This document shows, in pieces, positions 28,216 to 38,600 of a DNA stretch of 64,000 bases (position 1 is its first letter; the number at the start of each line of letters is the position of its first letter). The translations under genes were made by a program, and so were the position numbers. A model generated the notes under the pieces. The model did not search any database, was not told the DNA's origin, and saw nothing but the letters and a program-made list of their open reading frames with translations. The DNA is from Verrucomicrobiota bacterium. GTDB taxonomy: Bacteria > Verrucomicrobiota > Kiritimatiellia > CAIQIC01 > JAGNIJ01. The DNA lies in contig JAKLGK010000001.1 of NCBI GenBank assembly GCA_022710725.1, forward strand, positions 113,010 to 177,009. The letters are read 5' to 3'.

Positions 28216-30012
28216 TCAGAAAGCCTGGCCGATGCTGACATAGAATTGGTAATCCTCATCCACGTCCGGGCGCTGGTCCAACGGGACGGCGACGTCCACG
28301 CGAACCAGGCCGAAGGACGTGTAGTAGCGCCAGCCGACGCCGGCGCCCCACAGGTAGTTCTCGTCGAAATCCGGCACGTTGGACTCGAAGGCGGAGCCGC
28401 CGTCCGCGAACAGGACGAGGCCCATGCTGCGCGTCGCGCGCCAGCGCATCTCCACCGAGGATTCCAGCAGCGATCGTCCGCCGAGCGGGTCGTCGCCCTC
28501 GTCGAGCGGCCCGACCTCCTGGTAGGCATAGCCTCGGATGGACCCGCCGCCCCCGGCGTAAAAGCGCTCGTCGGCGGGGATATCCCCGCGCGACGGGCCC
28601 AGCAGGCTGCCCGCGGCGAACCGCCAGGCCAGCACGAGCAAAGGCTGCCGGGCCAGGCGCCAGTAGCCGGCCGCCGAGACCTGCGCGCGGAAGAAGGCCA
28701 TTTCGCCGTTGAGCAGGTCGTACGTCGGCGCCCCCAGGAAGGAGAGCCGCGTGCCCCGCGTCGGATCCAGCAGGTCGTTGGAGGTGTCGCGGATCAGGCG
28801 CGCGGGCAGCGCCCACAGGAAATAGTCCTCCCGTTCCTCCTGTTCGACCTCGGAATACCGGAGGGACAACCCGCCCTGCGCGCGGAGCTTCGGCGACAGC
28901 TCCCGTTCCAGCCCGGCGGCCGCCCGCACCCACTGGCTTGTATAGGCCTCCGCGGATTCGCTCTGCGCCTTCAGGTCCAGCAGCAGGTCCTGGTCGGGCC
29001 TCCCGAACTGGGGCCGACGGAATGAGGCCTCGGCGAACAGGAGGGATTCAGACACGCCCAGCTGCAACTCGAGCTGCTCGGCGCCGCCGAAGAGGTTGCG
29101 ATGCAGCCACGACGCGCGGGCGTCGGCGCCCCCGTCGGTCGCGTAGCCGACACCCAGTTCGACGCGGCGGCGCTTGCGCTCCTTCAGGATAAGCGCGACC
29201 GGGATCTCGTCGCCGTCGGCCGCCGCGCGCCCGGCGTCGATCTCCACCGCGGAAAGCGGGCCGCTCAGCGCCAGGCGGTCGCGCAGCCGGTCCACCCGCC
29301 GGATGTCGTACCAATCCCCTTCGCGCCAGGGAATCAGCCCGCGGACGAAGGACTCGCGGAGACGGTTCAGGCCACGGATCCGGACGGGGCCGAAGCGGAC
29401 CCGCGGGCCCGGTTCGACCCGGAAGCGGACATCCGCGACGCGCCCGGCGTGGTCCACGGTCACGGCCGGGCCCGCCAGCCGCGCGGCCGGGTAGCCGCCC
29501 GCCTGGAACGCGCGGAGGACCTGCGCCTCGGCGTCGAGGACCTCCTGCGCAAGGAGGGGCCGGCGGGCCACGAGGCCCAACCGCGCGGGCGACGGGACCG
29601 CGACGGATTCGGGCGGCGCGCCGGTGACGGCCTCAACGGACACGGAACGGATGAGATAGACAGGGCCCGGCCGGATCCGGAAGGTGATCCGGGGTTTTTG
29701 GCGATGCCGGGAATACGCGGGCTCCACCGTCGCGGCATAGTAGCCTCGGGCCCGGAGGGCCGCCTGCAGCGGGACGACATCCTTCTCGGCCCGGCGGAGC
29801 AGGAGGCGCTGGGTCGGCGGAGGCTTGTGACGGAGCAGCCAGGTTTCCGTGACCGACAGGAGTTCCTTTCGCAAGGCGCGGCCGGGCGCGCCCTCAATGC
29901 GGACGTCGCAGGGCGGAACGGTTTCGGCGCCGAGAACGGTCCGCGCCGCCAGCAGCAGGATCGCCGTTCGCCAACAGATACGCCCGGGCCATGCTGGACG
30001 GCCAACCTTCAT
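28216..30012 (-). CDS. tamA: TamA / Omp85-family outer-membrane protein
   Basis: Signal peptide, POTRA-like N-terminus and a C-terminal beta-barrel ending 'YQFYVSIGQAF'. It is immediately upstream of tamB. Confidence 0.85.
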   Translation of the reverse strand: MKVGRPAWPGRICWRTAILLLAARTVLGAETVPPCDVRIEGAPGRALRKELLSVTETWLLRHKPPPTQRLLLRRAEKDVVPLQAALRARGYYAATVEPAYSRHRQKPRITFRIRPGPVYLIRSVSVEAVTGAPPESVAVPSPARLGLVARRPLLAQEVLDAEAQVLRAFQAGGYPAARLAGPAVTVDHAGRVADVRFRVEPGPRVRFGPVRIRGLNRLRESFVRGLIPWREGDWYDIRRVDRLRDRLALSGPLSAVEIDAGRAAADGDEIPVALILKERKRRRVELGVGYATDGGADARASWLHRNLFGGAEQLELQLGVSESLLFAEASFRRPQFGRPDQDLLLDLKAQSESAEAYTSQWVRAAAGLERELSPKLRAQGGLSLRYSEVEQEEREDYFLWALPARLIRDTSNDLLDPTRGTRLSFLGAPTYDLLNGEMAFFRAQVSAAGYWRLARQPLLVLAWRFAAGSLLGPSRGDIPADERFYAGGGGSIRGYAYQEVGPLDEGDDPLGGRSLLESSVEMRWRATRSMGLVLFADGGSAFESNVPDFDENYLWGAGVGWRYYTSFGLVRVDVAVPLDQRPDVDEDYQFYVSIGQAF

Positions 30013-30066
30013 GCGATCCGCCGAACGCTCATGGCCGCGCGGGGCCTGAAGCGCGGGGAAGACACG

Positions 30067-32037
30067 CTACGGGGCGGCGGGCGCTTCCATGCCGGAGCGG
30101 AAGCGCTCCGCGAGCGCCGGGTTGAGCTTCCGCCCCTTCTCGAACGCCCGTTCCGCATCCTGGGCCATGCCGGCGCCGGCATAGGCCCGGCCCAACTGCA
30201 GCCAGAACATGGGATCGCGCGGCCGGCGGCGGCATGCCTGCTCGAGGGCGGTCGCGGCGAGATCGAATTTCCCGAGCTGCATCCGGACCATGCCCAGGCT
30301 GTACCAGGCGCTGACCATGGCGGGGGAGCCCCGGGTCAGCAGGTCATAGACGAGTTCGGCCTCGGGGAAACGGTCCAGGGCCAGGTAGAAGGTCCCGGCG
30401 CCGATCAGCCGCGGCGAGACCACGGGACGCGCGCAGCAGGCCATGCGCCGCTGGTACTCCCGGCGCTCCTGCTCCAGGACGAGCAGGCCGGCCTTCTGGA
30501 TCTCCTCGTTGGACAGCCAGGCCTGGTTCGCCGCGGTGGGCCGGATGAGGAGGGCGGACGTGCCGTCCAGATAGGCGAGCGCCCAGCGCCGGCTCTCCAG
30601 CAGCATGCGGAGCAGCGGGCCCGCGCCCAGCGCGCAGCCGTTCAGCAGCACCGATTCCGGCTCCCACTTCTTCTCCAGCGCGTCCCAGGCCTCGGCCTCT
30701 CCGTTCAGGCTGCGGGCGACGGCCTCAAAAAACTCGGGGGCGTGCAGGTCCGCGCGCTGGTCCACGAAGACGGGGCGCCCCGGCGCGGCCCACAGGAGGA
30801 AATTGCCGTCCTGAAAGAGATGAACGGTCTTCGCGGGGAAGCCCGGCTTCGCCAGGATCTCCGCGGCCTTCTCGGGGTAGAGCCCGCTCGCCACGCCGAA
30901 CCCGGTCACGGAGGGCGAGCCGACGCTCTCGTAGAAATGATTGGAGAGAACGGCCGCGGCGGAACCGGCGGCGAGGAGCAGGACCAGCAGCGCGCCGGCG
31001 CGGGACCACCAGGCCGCCCGGGTCCCGAGGGCGGGCCGCACCCGGTCGCCCAGGTAGGCCCCCGCCGCGGAGCCGCTCAAGGCCAGGAAAGGAAAGGCCA
31101 GCAGCGCGAAGAACTCCACGTGCCGCAGCGAACGGACGACGAGGAAGGCGCCCAGCACGGCCAGGCTGGTCATCGCGATCGGCAGCTTCCGCTTTTCGGT
31201 GATCAGCCCGATCGCCCCGATGAGCAGGGCCAGCGTCACGATGTTCTTCACGAAAAAGGCGCGCTGGAATTGAAGACTGAACGGCGAGATCCATTCCTGG
31301 ACGTACGCGAACACCACGAGGCTCCAGTCGCGGAATGTCTGGGTGAAGACCGCCGCGCCGAAGGGATTGAGCAGGCTCACAACGAGGGCCGCGGGGATCA
31401 TCGCCGCCGCCCAGCCCACCGCCTTCTTGTCCTGCGACTCCCGGTTGCCGTGCCAGCGCTCGATGGCGAACAGGAGGAAGAGGATGGGGCCCAGCACGAA
31501 GCTCCCGTGCACGTTGGCCCACAGCCATTGGACGGGCAACAAGGTCACCGGCATCCAGGCGCGCGGGCTCTCCGAGAGCACACGGATGAACAGCGCCGCG
31601 AACAGGAGCGAGGGCAGCACCGGGGAAACCACGAAGCGAACGCTCAACAGCCAGGCGCAGCCCAGCAGGGCCAGGGCCGTGCCCACCGGCCCGGCCAGGC
31701 GCCGCGCGGGCCGGATCAGCAGGCCGAACGCCAGGACCACGAAGGCGGCGTGCAGCAGGGTCACCAGGGCGGCCCCGCCGAGGTTCCAGAGGCCGTACAG
31801 CAGGCGATCGTAGAGCCAGGACGTGTTGACCCAGGGCAGGCCGGCCGCGGTAAACGTGAAGGCGTCGGCCCGAGGGATCCCCTGCTCGGCAATCGCCCGC
31901 CCGGTGGCCAGGCGAAGCCAGATGCTGCTGTGCCCGATGGTGCGAATGCCCCACAAGGCCAACACGGCCAGCCCGACCCAGGCCAGCCAGCCGCCGCCCT
32001 GTTTCTGTTCCCCCGCCTGCGGTGACGTCTCGTTCAT
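30067..32037 (-). CDS. polytopic membrane protein with C-terminal TPR repeats (putative GT-C-type glycosyltransferase, family uncertain)
   Basis: More than 10 hydrophobic helices in the N-terminal 420 aa, with C-terminal TPR repeats ('AWYSLGMV...', 'FWLQLGRAYAGAG'). Confidence 0.6.
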   Translation of the reverse strand: MNETSPQAGEQKQGGGWLAWVGLAVLALWGIRTIGHSSIWLRLATGRAIAEQGIPRADAFTFTAAGLPWVNTSWLYDRLLYGLWNLGGAALVTLLHAAFVVLAFGLLIRPARRLAGPVGTALALLGCAWLLSVRFVVSPVLPSLLFAALFIRVLSESPRAWMPVTLLPVQWLWANVHGSFVLGPILFLLFAIERWHGNRESQDKKAVGWAAAMIPAALVVSLLNPFGAAVFTQTFRDWSLVVFAYVQEWISPFSLQFQRAFFVKNIVTLALLIGAIGLITEKRKLPIAMTSLAVLGAFLVVRSLRHVEFFALLAFPFLALSGSAAGAYLGDRVRPALGTRAAWWSRAGALLVLLLAAGSAAAVLSNHFYESVGSPSVTGFGVASGLYPEKAAEILAKPGFPAKTVHLFQDGNFLLWAAPGRPVFVDQRADLHAPEFFEAVARSLNGEAEAWDALEKKWEPESVLLNGCALGAGPLLRMLLESRRWALAYLDGTSALLIRPTAANQAWLSNEEIQKAGLLVLEQERREYQRRMACCARPVVSPRLIGAGTFYLALDRFPEAELVYDLLTRGSPAMVSAWYSLGMVRMQLGKFDLAATALEQACRRRPRDPMFWLQLGRAYAGAGMAQDAERAFEKGRKLNPALAERFRSGMEAPAAP

Positions 32038-32117
32038 GAATTCAGCCCTCCACGCTTCTTCGAACTCGGTTCATTCTGTGGGATGCCCGGCGCGGCGGCA
32101 AGAGGTAAAAAGCCCGG

Positions 32118-33062
32118 TCACGGGCCCGGCCCGCCGGCCGCCTCGGCCCGCACCTGCTCGACGTCCAGCGCGATCTGCACGCGCAGCGATTCCAGGCTGT
32201 CGAAGCGGCGCACCTCCCGCAGCCGGCGCCCGAACCGGATCTCCATGTCCCGCCCGTAGAGTTCGCCCCCGCTGAAATCCAGGAGATGGACCTCGACCAG
32301 GTTCACCCCGGCCGGAAGGCCCTCGTGCGGCTTGCTGTCCAGGAACGCCGCGCCCGTCCAGGCGCCGTCCTTCATCTCGGCGCGGACCGCATAGACTCCG
32401 GGCGGCGGCAGCGCCTCGTTATGCGGGTCCAGGTTGGCCGTGGGGAAGCCCAGCCGCGTGCCGACCCGGCGGCCGGCCATGACGGTGCCCAGCAGGCTGT
32501 ACGGCCGGCCCAGCATGACCGCGGCATCGTCCAGGCGCCCCTCCTGCACCGCGCGGCGGATCCGCGTGCTGGAGATGGCGAGGCCGTCCCACAGGACGGG
32601 CTCCACGATGGTCGCCTGCAAGCCCTGCGCGGCGACCCACTTCCGCAGCAGGTCCGCGTTGCCCCGCCCGCGATGGCCGAAGGTCCAGTTGGACCCCACC
32701 ACCAGCTGGCGCGCGCCCGGCCAGGCCCCGGTGAGCCGCGCCAGGAACGGCCCCGGATCGAGGGCCGCCAGTTCGGGCGTGAACGCCAGCACGAGGCAGC
32801 CCTCGATCCCCAGCTCGTGCAGGAGCCGGATCTTGTGGGGCGTGGAGGTCAGCGAGAGGGGCGCTTCCCGCGGGCGCAGGATCTTCATGGGGTGCGGATC
32901 GAACGTCAGCACCCAGGCCGTTCCGCCCATGGCCGCCGCCTGATCCAGCGCGGCGCGCACGACGCCCTGGTGGCCGCGGTGGACCCCGTCAAAGGTCCCG
33001 ATGGCCACGGTGCTGGGGCCGGGCTCTCGGGACATCTCCTCCAGGGCCCGACGCAGCTTCAT
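32118..33062 (-). CDS. ribF: bifunctional riboflavin kinase / FMN adenylyltransferase
   Basis: 'VAIGTFDGVHRGHQ' is the FAD synthetase motif, with a C-terminal riboflavin kinase region ('GFPTANL'). Confidence 0.9.
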   Translation of the reverse strand: MKLRRALEEMSREPGPSTVAIGTFDGVHRGHQGVVRAALDQAAAMGGTAWVLTFDPHPMKILRPREAPLSLTSTPHKIRLLHELGIEGCLVLAFTPELAALDPGPFLARLTGAWPGARQLVVGSNWTFGHRGRGNADLLRKWVAAQGLQATIVEPVLWDGLAISSTRIRRAVQEGRLDDAAVMLGRPYSLLGTVMAGRRVGTRLGFPTANLDPHNEALPPPGVYAVRAEMKDGAWTGAAFLDSKPHEGLPAGVNLVEVHLLDFSGGELYGRDMEIRFGRRLREVRRFDSLESLRVQIALDVEQVRAEAAGGPGP

Positions 33063-33811
33063 CCGGGCGACCCTCCCGCGAGGAATCCGTGCAGGGGAAG
33101 GACCCGCTCCGCGACGCGGTCCACGTCCATGCGCAGGATGTCGTCCAGCGGCGCGGCGGCCTCCACGGCCAGGGCGCCGGCCCGCGTCCGGCGCAGCGCC
33201 TCCAGGAAGGCCCCGCAGCCGAGCGCCCGGCCGATGTCGGCGCAGAGCGTCCGGACATAGGTGCCCTTGGTGCAGCGCAGGACGAACCGGGCCCGGGGCG
33301 GCTCGAAGGCCAGGAGCCGGAACTCGTAGACATGGATCAGCCGGGGCTCCCGCTCGACGGTCTGGCCCTTGCGCGCGAGCTTGTACAGCGGGACCCCCTG
33401 CTTCTTTACGGCGGAGACCATGGGCGGCGTCTGCATGAGGTCGCCCACCCGGGCGGCCATTTCCCGCTCCACCGCCTCCCGCGTAACGTGCTCCCAGGGG
33501 GCCTCGGCCAGGATCTGCCCGTCCACGTCCTCGGTGTCCGTCGTCGCGCCGAGCTTCAAGGTCCCCTCGTACGTCTTGTCGGAGGCCATGACGCGGTCGG
33601 ACAGCTTGGTGCCGCGCCCGAGCAGGATCACGAGCAGCCCGGTCGCCATCGGGTCAAGCGTGCCGCCGTGGCCGACCTTCCGGAACCCGAACCGGCGGCG
33701 GATGGCGTCGACGACGTCGTGGGACGTCATGCCCGCGGGCTTGTCGACCAGCAGCAGGCCCTCCCAAGGCTCGATGACGGGAGGCGGGGCGGCATAGCGG
33801 CCCCCGCTCAT
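33059..33811 (-). CDS. truB: tRNA pseudouridine(55) synthase
   Basis: 'GLLLVDKPAGMTSHDVV' and 'GHGGTLDPMATGLLV' match TruB. Confidence 0.9.
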   Translation of the reverse strand: MSGGRYAAPPPVIEPWEGLLLVDKPAGMTSHDVVDAIRRRFGFRKVGHGGTLDPMATGLLVILLGRGTKLSDRVMASDKTYEGTLKLGATTDTEDVDGQILAEAPWEHVTREAVEREMAARVGDLMQTPPMVSAVKKQGVPLYKLARKGQTVEREPRLIHVYEFRLLAFEPPRARFVLRCTKGTYVRTLCADIGRALGCGAFLEALRRTRAGALAVEAAAPLDDILRMDVDRVAERVLPLHGFLAGGSPG

Positions 33812-34200
33812 GTCGCCGGGCTCCCGCCCGCGCCGCCCGCGCCCAGTTCGCCGGCATTCTCCATCTTGTGCAGGATATGCAGGACGCGATCGCCCTTCTC
33901 GATGGATTCGTCCAGCTCGAAGGAAAGCCGCGGCGTGTATTTCAGGATGACGTGGCGGTGCAGGATCTCCTGGATCTCGCCCCGGTGCCGGTACAGCCGC
34001 TTGAGCATGTCGCCCCGCTCCGCCCGGTGGTCCCGGATGGACACGCGCACGACCGCCGTCCTCAAGTCGCTGCCGACCTCGACCCCCGTGACCGTCACGG
34101 CCGTCAGGTCGAACCCCGACTCGTTCATCACCCGGAAAAGCGCGTCCGCGATCTCGCGCTTGAGGAGTTCGTTCACCCTGACCATGCGCTGATGACTCAT
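33808..34200 (-). CDS. rbfA: ribosome-binding factor A
   Basis: 'RMVRVNELLKREIADAL' matches RbfA. Start is ATG at 34200. The long upstream part of the 545-aa ORF overlaps infB out of frame and is rejected. Confidence 0.85.
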   Translation of the reverse strand: MSHQRMVRVNELLKREIADALFRVMNESGFDLTAVTVTGVEVGSDLRTAVVRVSIRDHRAERGDMLKRLYRHRGEIQEILHRHVILKYTPRLSFELDESIEKGDRVLHILHKMENAGELGAGGAGGSPAT

Positions 34201-34247
34201 GACCGACTCCGGGATGCAGGCGCCGCGGCAGAAACGACGGCCTCGGT

Positions 34248-36314
34248 TTAAAGCGGCTGCTCGATCTTCTGAACTTCGTAACACTCGATGACGTCGCCCG
34301 GCTTGAAATCGGTGAAACGGTCGAGCCGGATACCGCACTCCAGGCCCTCGCGGACCTCGGAGGCGTCGTCCTGGAAGCGCTTCAGGGAGACCACCGCGCC
34401 CTCGTAGAGCACGTCGTCCGCCCGCTTCACGCGGGCGCGCGCGTGGCTCGTTATGCGGCCGTCCGTCACCATGCAGCCGGCCACGTTGCCCTTCTTGCCG
34501 ATCTCGAAGACCTGTCGGATTTCCGCGTGCCCGATCACGGTCTCCTTGATCACCGGCTCCAGCAGGCCCACCATCGCGTCGCGGACCTCGTCCAGCAACT
34601 GGTAAATCACGCTGTAGAGGCGGATCTCCACGCCCTCGCGCTTGGCCAGGGCGGCGACGCCGTCCTCCTTGCTGACGTGGAACCCGACGACGATCGCGTT
34701 GGACGCGCTGGCCAGCAGCACGTCGTTGCCGGTGATGTTGCCGACGCCCGCCAGGGCGATCCGCAGCAAGACCTTGTCGCTCTTGATTCCCGACAGCGCC
34801 TGCCGGATGGCCTCGAGCGACCCCTGCACGTCCGCCTTGAGCACGATGGCCAGCTCCGTGCGCTGCTGTGTCTCGGCCGGCTTGAGCAGGTCGTCGAGGG
34901 ACGCCCGGCGCGGCGCGGAAATCGCCTGGAGCCGGCTGGCCGCCTCCCGCTCTTCCGCGATCGCGCGCGCCTCGCGGTCGTTGGGATATACCACGAACTC
35001 CATGCCGGGCTCGGGCACGCCGTTCAGGCCCAGGCACTTCACGGGGATGGAAGGCCCGGCCGTGCGCACCTTGATGCCCTGGTCGTTGATCAGCGCCTTG
35101 ACCCGCCCCCAGCAGCGGCCGCACACGATGGCGTCGCCCACCGAGAGGGTCCCCTGCTTCACCAGCAGGTTGGCCGTCGGCCCGCTGCCCGCCTCGAGGC
35201 GCGCCTCGATCACGAAGCCCTGCGCCGGCCGCCGCGCATTGCCCTTGAGCTCCAGCATCTCGGACTGCAGCAGGATCATCTCCAGCAGGTGGTCGATGCC
35301 GTCGCCGGTGACCGCGCTGACCGGGCAGCAGATGGTCTGGCCACCCCAGTCCTCGGGGGCCAGGCCCTCGTGCTGGAGCTGCCTCTTCACGCGGTCCACG
35401 ACCGCGCTCTTCAAGTCTATCTTGTTGATGGCGACCATGATGCACACGTTGGCCGCCCGGGCGTGCTGGATGGCTTCCTTCGTCTGCGGCATCACGCCGT
35501 CGTCCGCGGCGACGATCAGCACGGCGATATCCGTCAGGTTCGCGCCGCGGGCGCGCATGGCCGTGAAGGCCGCGTGGCCCGGCGTATCCAGGAACGTGAT
35601 CGGGTGGTCGCGGTAGGTCACCGTGTACGCGCCGATGTGCTGGGTGATGCCGCCGTCCTCGGACTGCACGACCTTGCTGTGGCGGATGCGGTCCAGCAGG
35701 GACGTCTTCCCATGGTCCACGTGGCCGAGGAACGTGACGACCGGCGGGCGCGGCTGGATGTCCTCGGGGCGCGGCTCCTCGACCTTCGGCTCGACCTTCT
35801 TGACCGGCTTCGGCTCGGGGGCCTTCTTCTCGTGCTCGATCGAGGCCCCGTGGCGGGAGGCCAGCTGCTGGGCCACCTTGAACTCGATGCGCTCGTTGAT
35901 CGAGGCAAACACGTTCATCGTCATGAGCTCGGCGATCAGCAGGTTGGGCTTCAGGCCCAGCTGCTCGGCGAACTCCTTCACGATGATCGGCCCCTTGACG
36001 ATGATCACCTTGGGCGCGGGCGGCGGGGGAGGCGGAGGCGGGGCGGCCGGCGCAGGGGGCGGAGGCGCCGCGGGCTTGGCCGGCGCGGGGGCGGCCTTCG
36101 CCGGCGGCGCGGCCTTGGGCGCCGGTTTTGCGGCGCCGGTTTCCGCGGGCGCCGCGGCGGCGGCCGGAGCGCCGACGGCCTTGCGCACCAGGGCCACCTG
36201 CTCGGGCGACAGGGCGGCGAAATTGTTCCGGACCTCCACGCTCATCGCGTGGAGCCGGTCCATCAGCTCCTTGCTGGTCAGCCCCAGTTCCTTGGCCAGT
36301 TCATGAACTCTCAT
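34248..36314 (-). CDS. infB: translation initiation factor IF-2
   Basis: N-terminal 'MRVHELAKELGL', an Ala/Pro-rich linker, a GTPase domain ('GHVDHGKTSLLD', 'DTPGH', 'NKID') and a C-terminal domain. Start is at 36314. Confidence 0.9.
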   Translation of the reverse strand: MRVHELAKELGLTSKELMDRLHAMSVEVRNNFAALSPEQVALVRKAVGAPAAAAAPAETGAAKPAPKAAPPAKAAPAPAKPAAPPPPAPAAPPPPPPPPAPKVIIVKGPIIVKEFAEQLGLKPNLLIAELMTMNVFASINERIEFKVAQQLASRHGASIEHEKKAPEPKPVKKVEPKVEEPRPEDIQPRPPVVTFLGHVDHGKTSLLDRIRHSKVVQSEDGGITQHIGAYTVTYRDHPITFLDTPGHAAFTAMRARGANLTDIAVLIVAADDGVMPQTKEAIQHARAANVCIMVAINKIDLKSAVVDRVKRQLQHEGLAPEDWGGQTICCPVSAVTGDGIDHLLEMILLQSEMLELKGNARRPAQGFVIEARLEAGSGPTANLLVKQGTLSVGDAIVCGRCWGRVKALINDQGIKVRTAGPSIPVKCLGLNGVPEPGMEFVVYPNDREARAIAEEREAASRLQAISAPRRASLDDLLKPAETQQRTELAIVLKADVQGSLEAIRQALSGIKSDKVLLRIALAGVGNITGNDVLLASASNAIVVGFHVSKEDGVAALAKREGVEIRLYSVIYQLLDEVRDAMVGLLEPVIKETVIGHAEIRQVFEIGKKGNVAGCMVTDGRITSHARARVKRADDVLYEGAVVSLKRFQDDASEVREGLECGIRLDRFTDFKPGDVIECYEVQKIEQPL

Positions 36315-37578
36315 GAGATTCCTCTTGTCCGTGCAGGTGTTCGCAGGCCTTCTCGACGCCCTGCAGCACCTCGCGGGCCGCCGCGGCATCAATGCCTTCC
36401 ACCGCTTCCAGGTCCGCGGGCTCGGCCGCCAGCAGGCCTTCCAGCGTCAGGAATCCCGCATGCACCAGTTTCTCCGCCCGCTCGGGGCCGATGCCGTCCA
36501 CGACGGCCAGCGCGGCCACGGCGCGCGCCACCTTCTCCTCGAAGCTGACGTCGCTCTCGTCCCGCAGGATGTCGATCTTCCAGCCCGTCAGCTTGGACGT
36601 CAGGCGGGCGTTCTGGCCCTTCTTCCCGATCGCCTGCGACAGGTGCTCCGCATCCACCACCACCTGGACCGATTGCGCTTCCGTGTCCACCGTGACGCGG
36701 ATCAGCTTGGCCGGCGCCAGCGCGTTCGTCACGAACGTCTTGATGTCATCGTGCCAGCGCACGATGTCGATCTTCTCGCCGGATAACTCCCGGACGATAT
36801 TTTTCACGCGGATGCCGCGCATGCCCACGCAGGCCCCCACCGGGTCGACCTTGGGATCGTGCGAAACCACGGCGATCTTGCTGCGGAACCCCGCCTCGCG
36901 GGCGATGCCCTTGATCTCGACGGTCTTGTCCGCGATCTCGGAAACCTCGAGCTCGAACAGCCGCCGCACGAAATCCGGGTGGCTCCGGGTCAGGATGATC
37001 TCCGGGCCCTGCGTCCGGCTTTCCACCTTGAGGATGAGGGCGCGCAACCGGTCGCCGATCTGGTACCGCTCCGTGGGCACCTTCTCCGCGACCGGCATCA
37101 GGCCCTCGGCGCGCCCCAGGTCCAAGATCACGTCGCTGCGCTCGATCCGGCTGACCGTGCCGCTGACGATGTCCCCCGCCCGGTCCTTGTACTCGCCGAA
37201 GACGCGCTCCTTTTCAGCCTGCCGGATTTTATGGAGGATGGCCTGCTTGGCGGTCTGGGCCGCGATCCGGCCGAAATTCTTCGGTGTGACCTCGATCTCC
37301 ACGGTATCGCCCAGCTGGGCGTCCGCCTTGATCCGCCGGGCGCTGGGGAGGGTGATCTCGTCATGCGGGGCGTTGACCTTCTCCGCGACGGTCACCTTGG
37401 CCAAAGCCCGGATCCGGCAGGTTTTGCGGTCGATCTCAATGCGCAGGTCCTTGGACGGACCCACGCTCTTCTTCGAGGCGCTCAACAGGGCGGCTTCCAC
37501 GGCCGTAAGAAGGGTCTCGCGATCGATGCCCCTCTCCCGCTCCATGTAATCTATGACAGCCAACAGGTCGTTGTTCAT
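36301..37578 (-). CDS. nusA: transcription termination/antitermination factor NusA
   Basis: Has S1 and KH domains ('VGACVGMRGIRVKNIV', 'AIGKKGQNARL'). Start is ATG at 37578 (MNNDLLAV). It overlaps the infB start by 14 nt. Confidence 0.9.
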   Translation of the reverse strand: MNNDLLAVIDYMERERGIDRETLLTAVEAALLSASKKSVGPSKDLRIEIDRKTCRIRALAKVTVAEKVNAPHDEITLPSARRIKADAQLGDTVEIEVTPKNFGRIAAQTAKQAILHKIRQAEKERVFGEYKDRAGDIVSGTVSRIERSDVILDLGRAEGLMPVAEKVPTERYQIGDRLRALILKVESRTQGPEIILTRSHPDFVRRLFELEVSEIADKTVEIKGIAREAGFRSKIAVVSHDPKVDPVGACVGMRGIRVKNIVRELSGEKIDIVRWHDDIKTFVTNALAPAKLIRVTVDTEAQSVQVVVDAEHLSQAIGKKGQNARLTSKLTGWKIDILRDESDVSFEEKVARAVAALAVVDGIGPERAEKLVHAGFLTLEGLLAAEPADLEAVEGIDAAAAREVLQGVEKACEHLHGQEESHESS

Positions 37579-37633
37579 GACCACCACCCCGCTTTGGGGG
37601 CCGCTTACGCAACCCACTACCACCAAGCGCGAT

Positions 37634-37663
37634 ACACAAAAGAGTGGGTGCGGACCCACTCTT
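37634..37663 (-). terminator. rho-independent terminator downstream of mazG
   Basis: On the minus strand: AAGAGTGGGT-CCGC-ACCCACTCTT followed by TTTGTGT. It is 117 nt past the mazG stop and upstream of nusA. Confidence 0.6.
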
Positions 37664-37779
37664 CAGCGTCACCGGCATGGTGTACTGGCAAACAATACTT
37701 TCTACTACAGAGACCTGGGGCGGTCAAGGTTTGTTTTGCGCGGCCGCAACCGCCGGGGCGACCAGCCTTTCCCCGGCCT

Positions 37780-38574
37780 CTACTCGGCGGCCTTGATTTC
37801 GTTCCAGATGGCGTCGAGCTCGGCCAGCTTGCACTCCGTCATCTTCCGGCCCTGGGCGTGCAGCCGCTCCTCGATGCCCTGGAATCGGCGGGTGAATTTC
37901 CGGACGGTATCCTCGAGCGCCTCCTCGGCGCTGTGGCCGAGGAACCGGCTCAAATTGACGGCGGCGAACAGCAGGTCGCCGATTTCCTCTTTGACCTTCT
38001 TCGGGTCGCCGCCGGCCATCGCCTCCCGGACCTCGCCTACTTCCTCCTCCACCTTGGCCATCACCTGGTGGACCGTGTCCCAGTCGAACCCGACGCGCGC
38101 GGCCCGCTTCTGGATCTGCTGGGCCTTATGCAGGGCGGGCGCGCTCCGCGGCACGCCGTCGACGGCGGACTTGCGGGGCGGCCCCTTCTCGCCCTTCTTG
38201 ATGGCCTCCCAGTTCCGGATCACCTCGGCCGAGTCGCTGACCTGGACCTCGCCGAAGACATGCGGGTGGCGGCGGACCAGCTTGTCGGAGATCGCCGTGG
38301 CCACGTCGTCGAAGGTGAAGCTCCCCTCCTCGCTGGCCACCTGCGCCTGGAACACCACCTGGAGCAGGACATCCCCGAGTTCGTCGCAGAGCCGGGCGCG
38401 GTCGCCGCTTTCGAGGGCGTCCATGGCCTCGTAGCACTCCTCGAGCAGGAAAGGCTTGAGCGTCTGGAGCGTCTGTTCGCGGTCCCATGGACAGCCGTTC
38501 TCCGCGCGAAGCATGCGCATCACTTCGCGCAGCCGGTCGATCGGCTTTCCGCCCGGATCTTTGGCCTGAACCAT
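37780..38574 (-). CDS. mazG: nucleoside triphosphate pyrophosphohydrolase MazG
   Basis: Tandem MazG repeats ('EECYEAMDAL...ELGDVLLQVV', 'EEVGEV...EIGDLLFAAVNL'). Confidence 0.85.
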   Translation of the reverse strand: MVQAKDPGGKPIDRLREVMRMLRAENGCPWDREQTLQTLKPFLLEECYEAMDALESGDRARLCDELGDVLLQVVFQAQVASEEGSFTFDDVATAISDKLVRRHPHVFGEVQVSDSAEVIRNWEAIKKGEKGPPRKSAVDGVPRSAPALHKAQQIQKRAARVGFDWDTVHQVMAKVEEEVGEVREAMAGGDPKKVKEEIGDLLFAAVNLSRFLGHSAEEALEDTVRKFTRRFQGIEERLHAQGRKMTECKLAELDAIWNEIKAAE

Positions 38575-38600
38575 AATATAAATGGCGGGAAAGGGTTACA

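Noticed and set aside
32106-32125. Short hairpin (GCCCG-tgac-CGGGC + TTTTT on the minus strand) overlapping the ribF stop codon.
   Set aside because: It is only a 5-bp stem and coincides with the stop codon. That is too weak to call a terminator with confidence.
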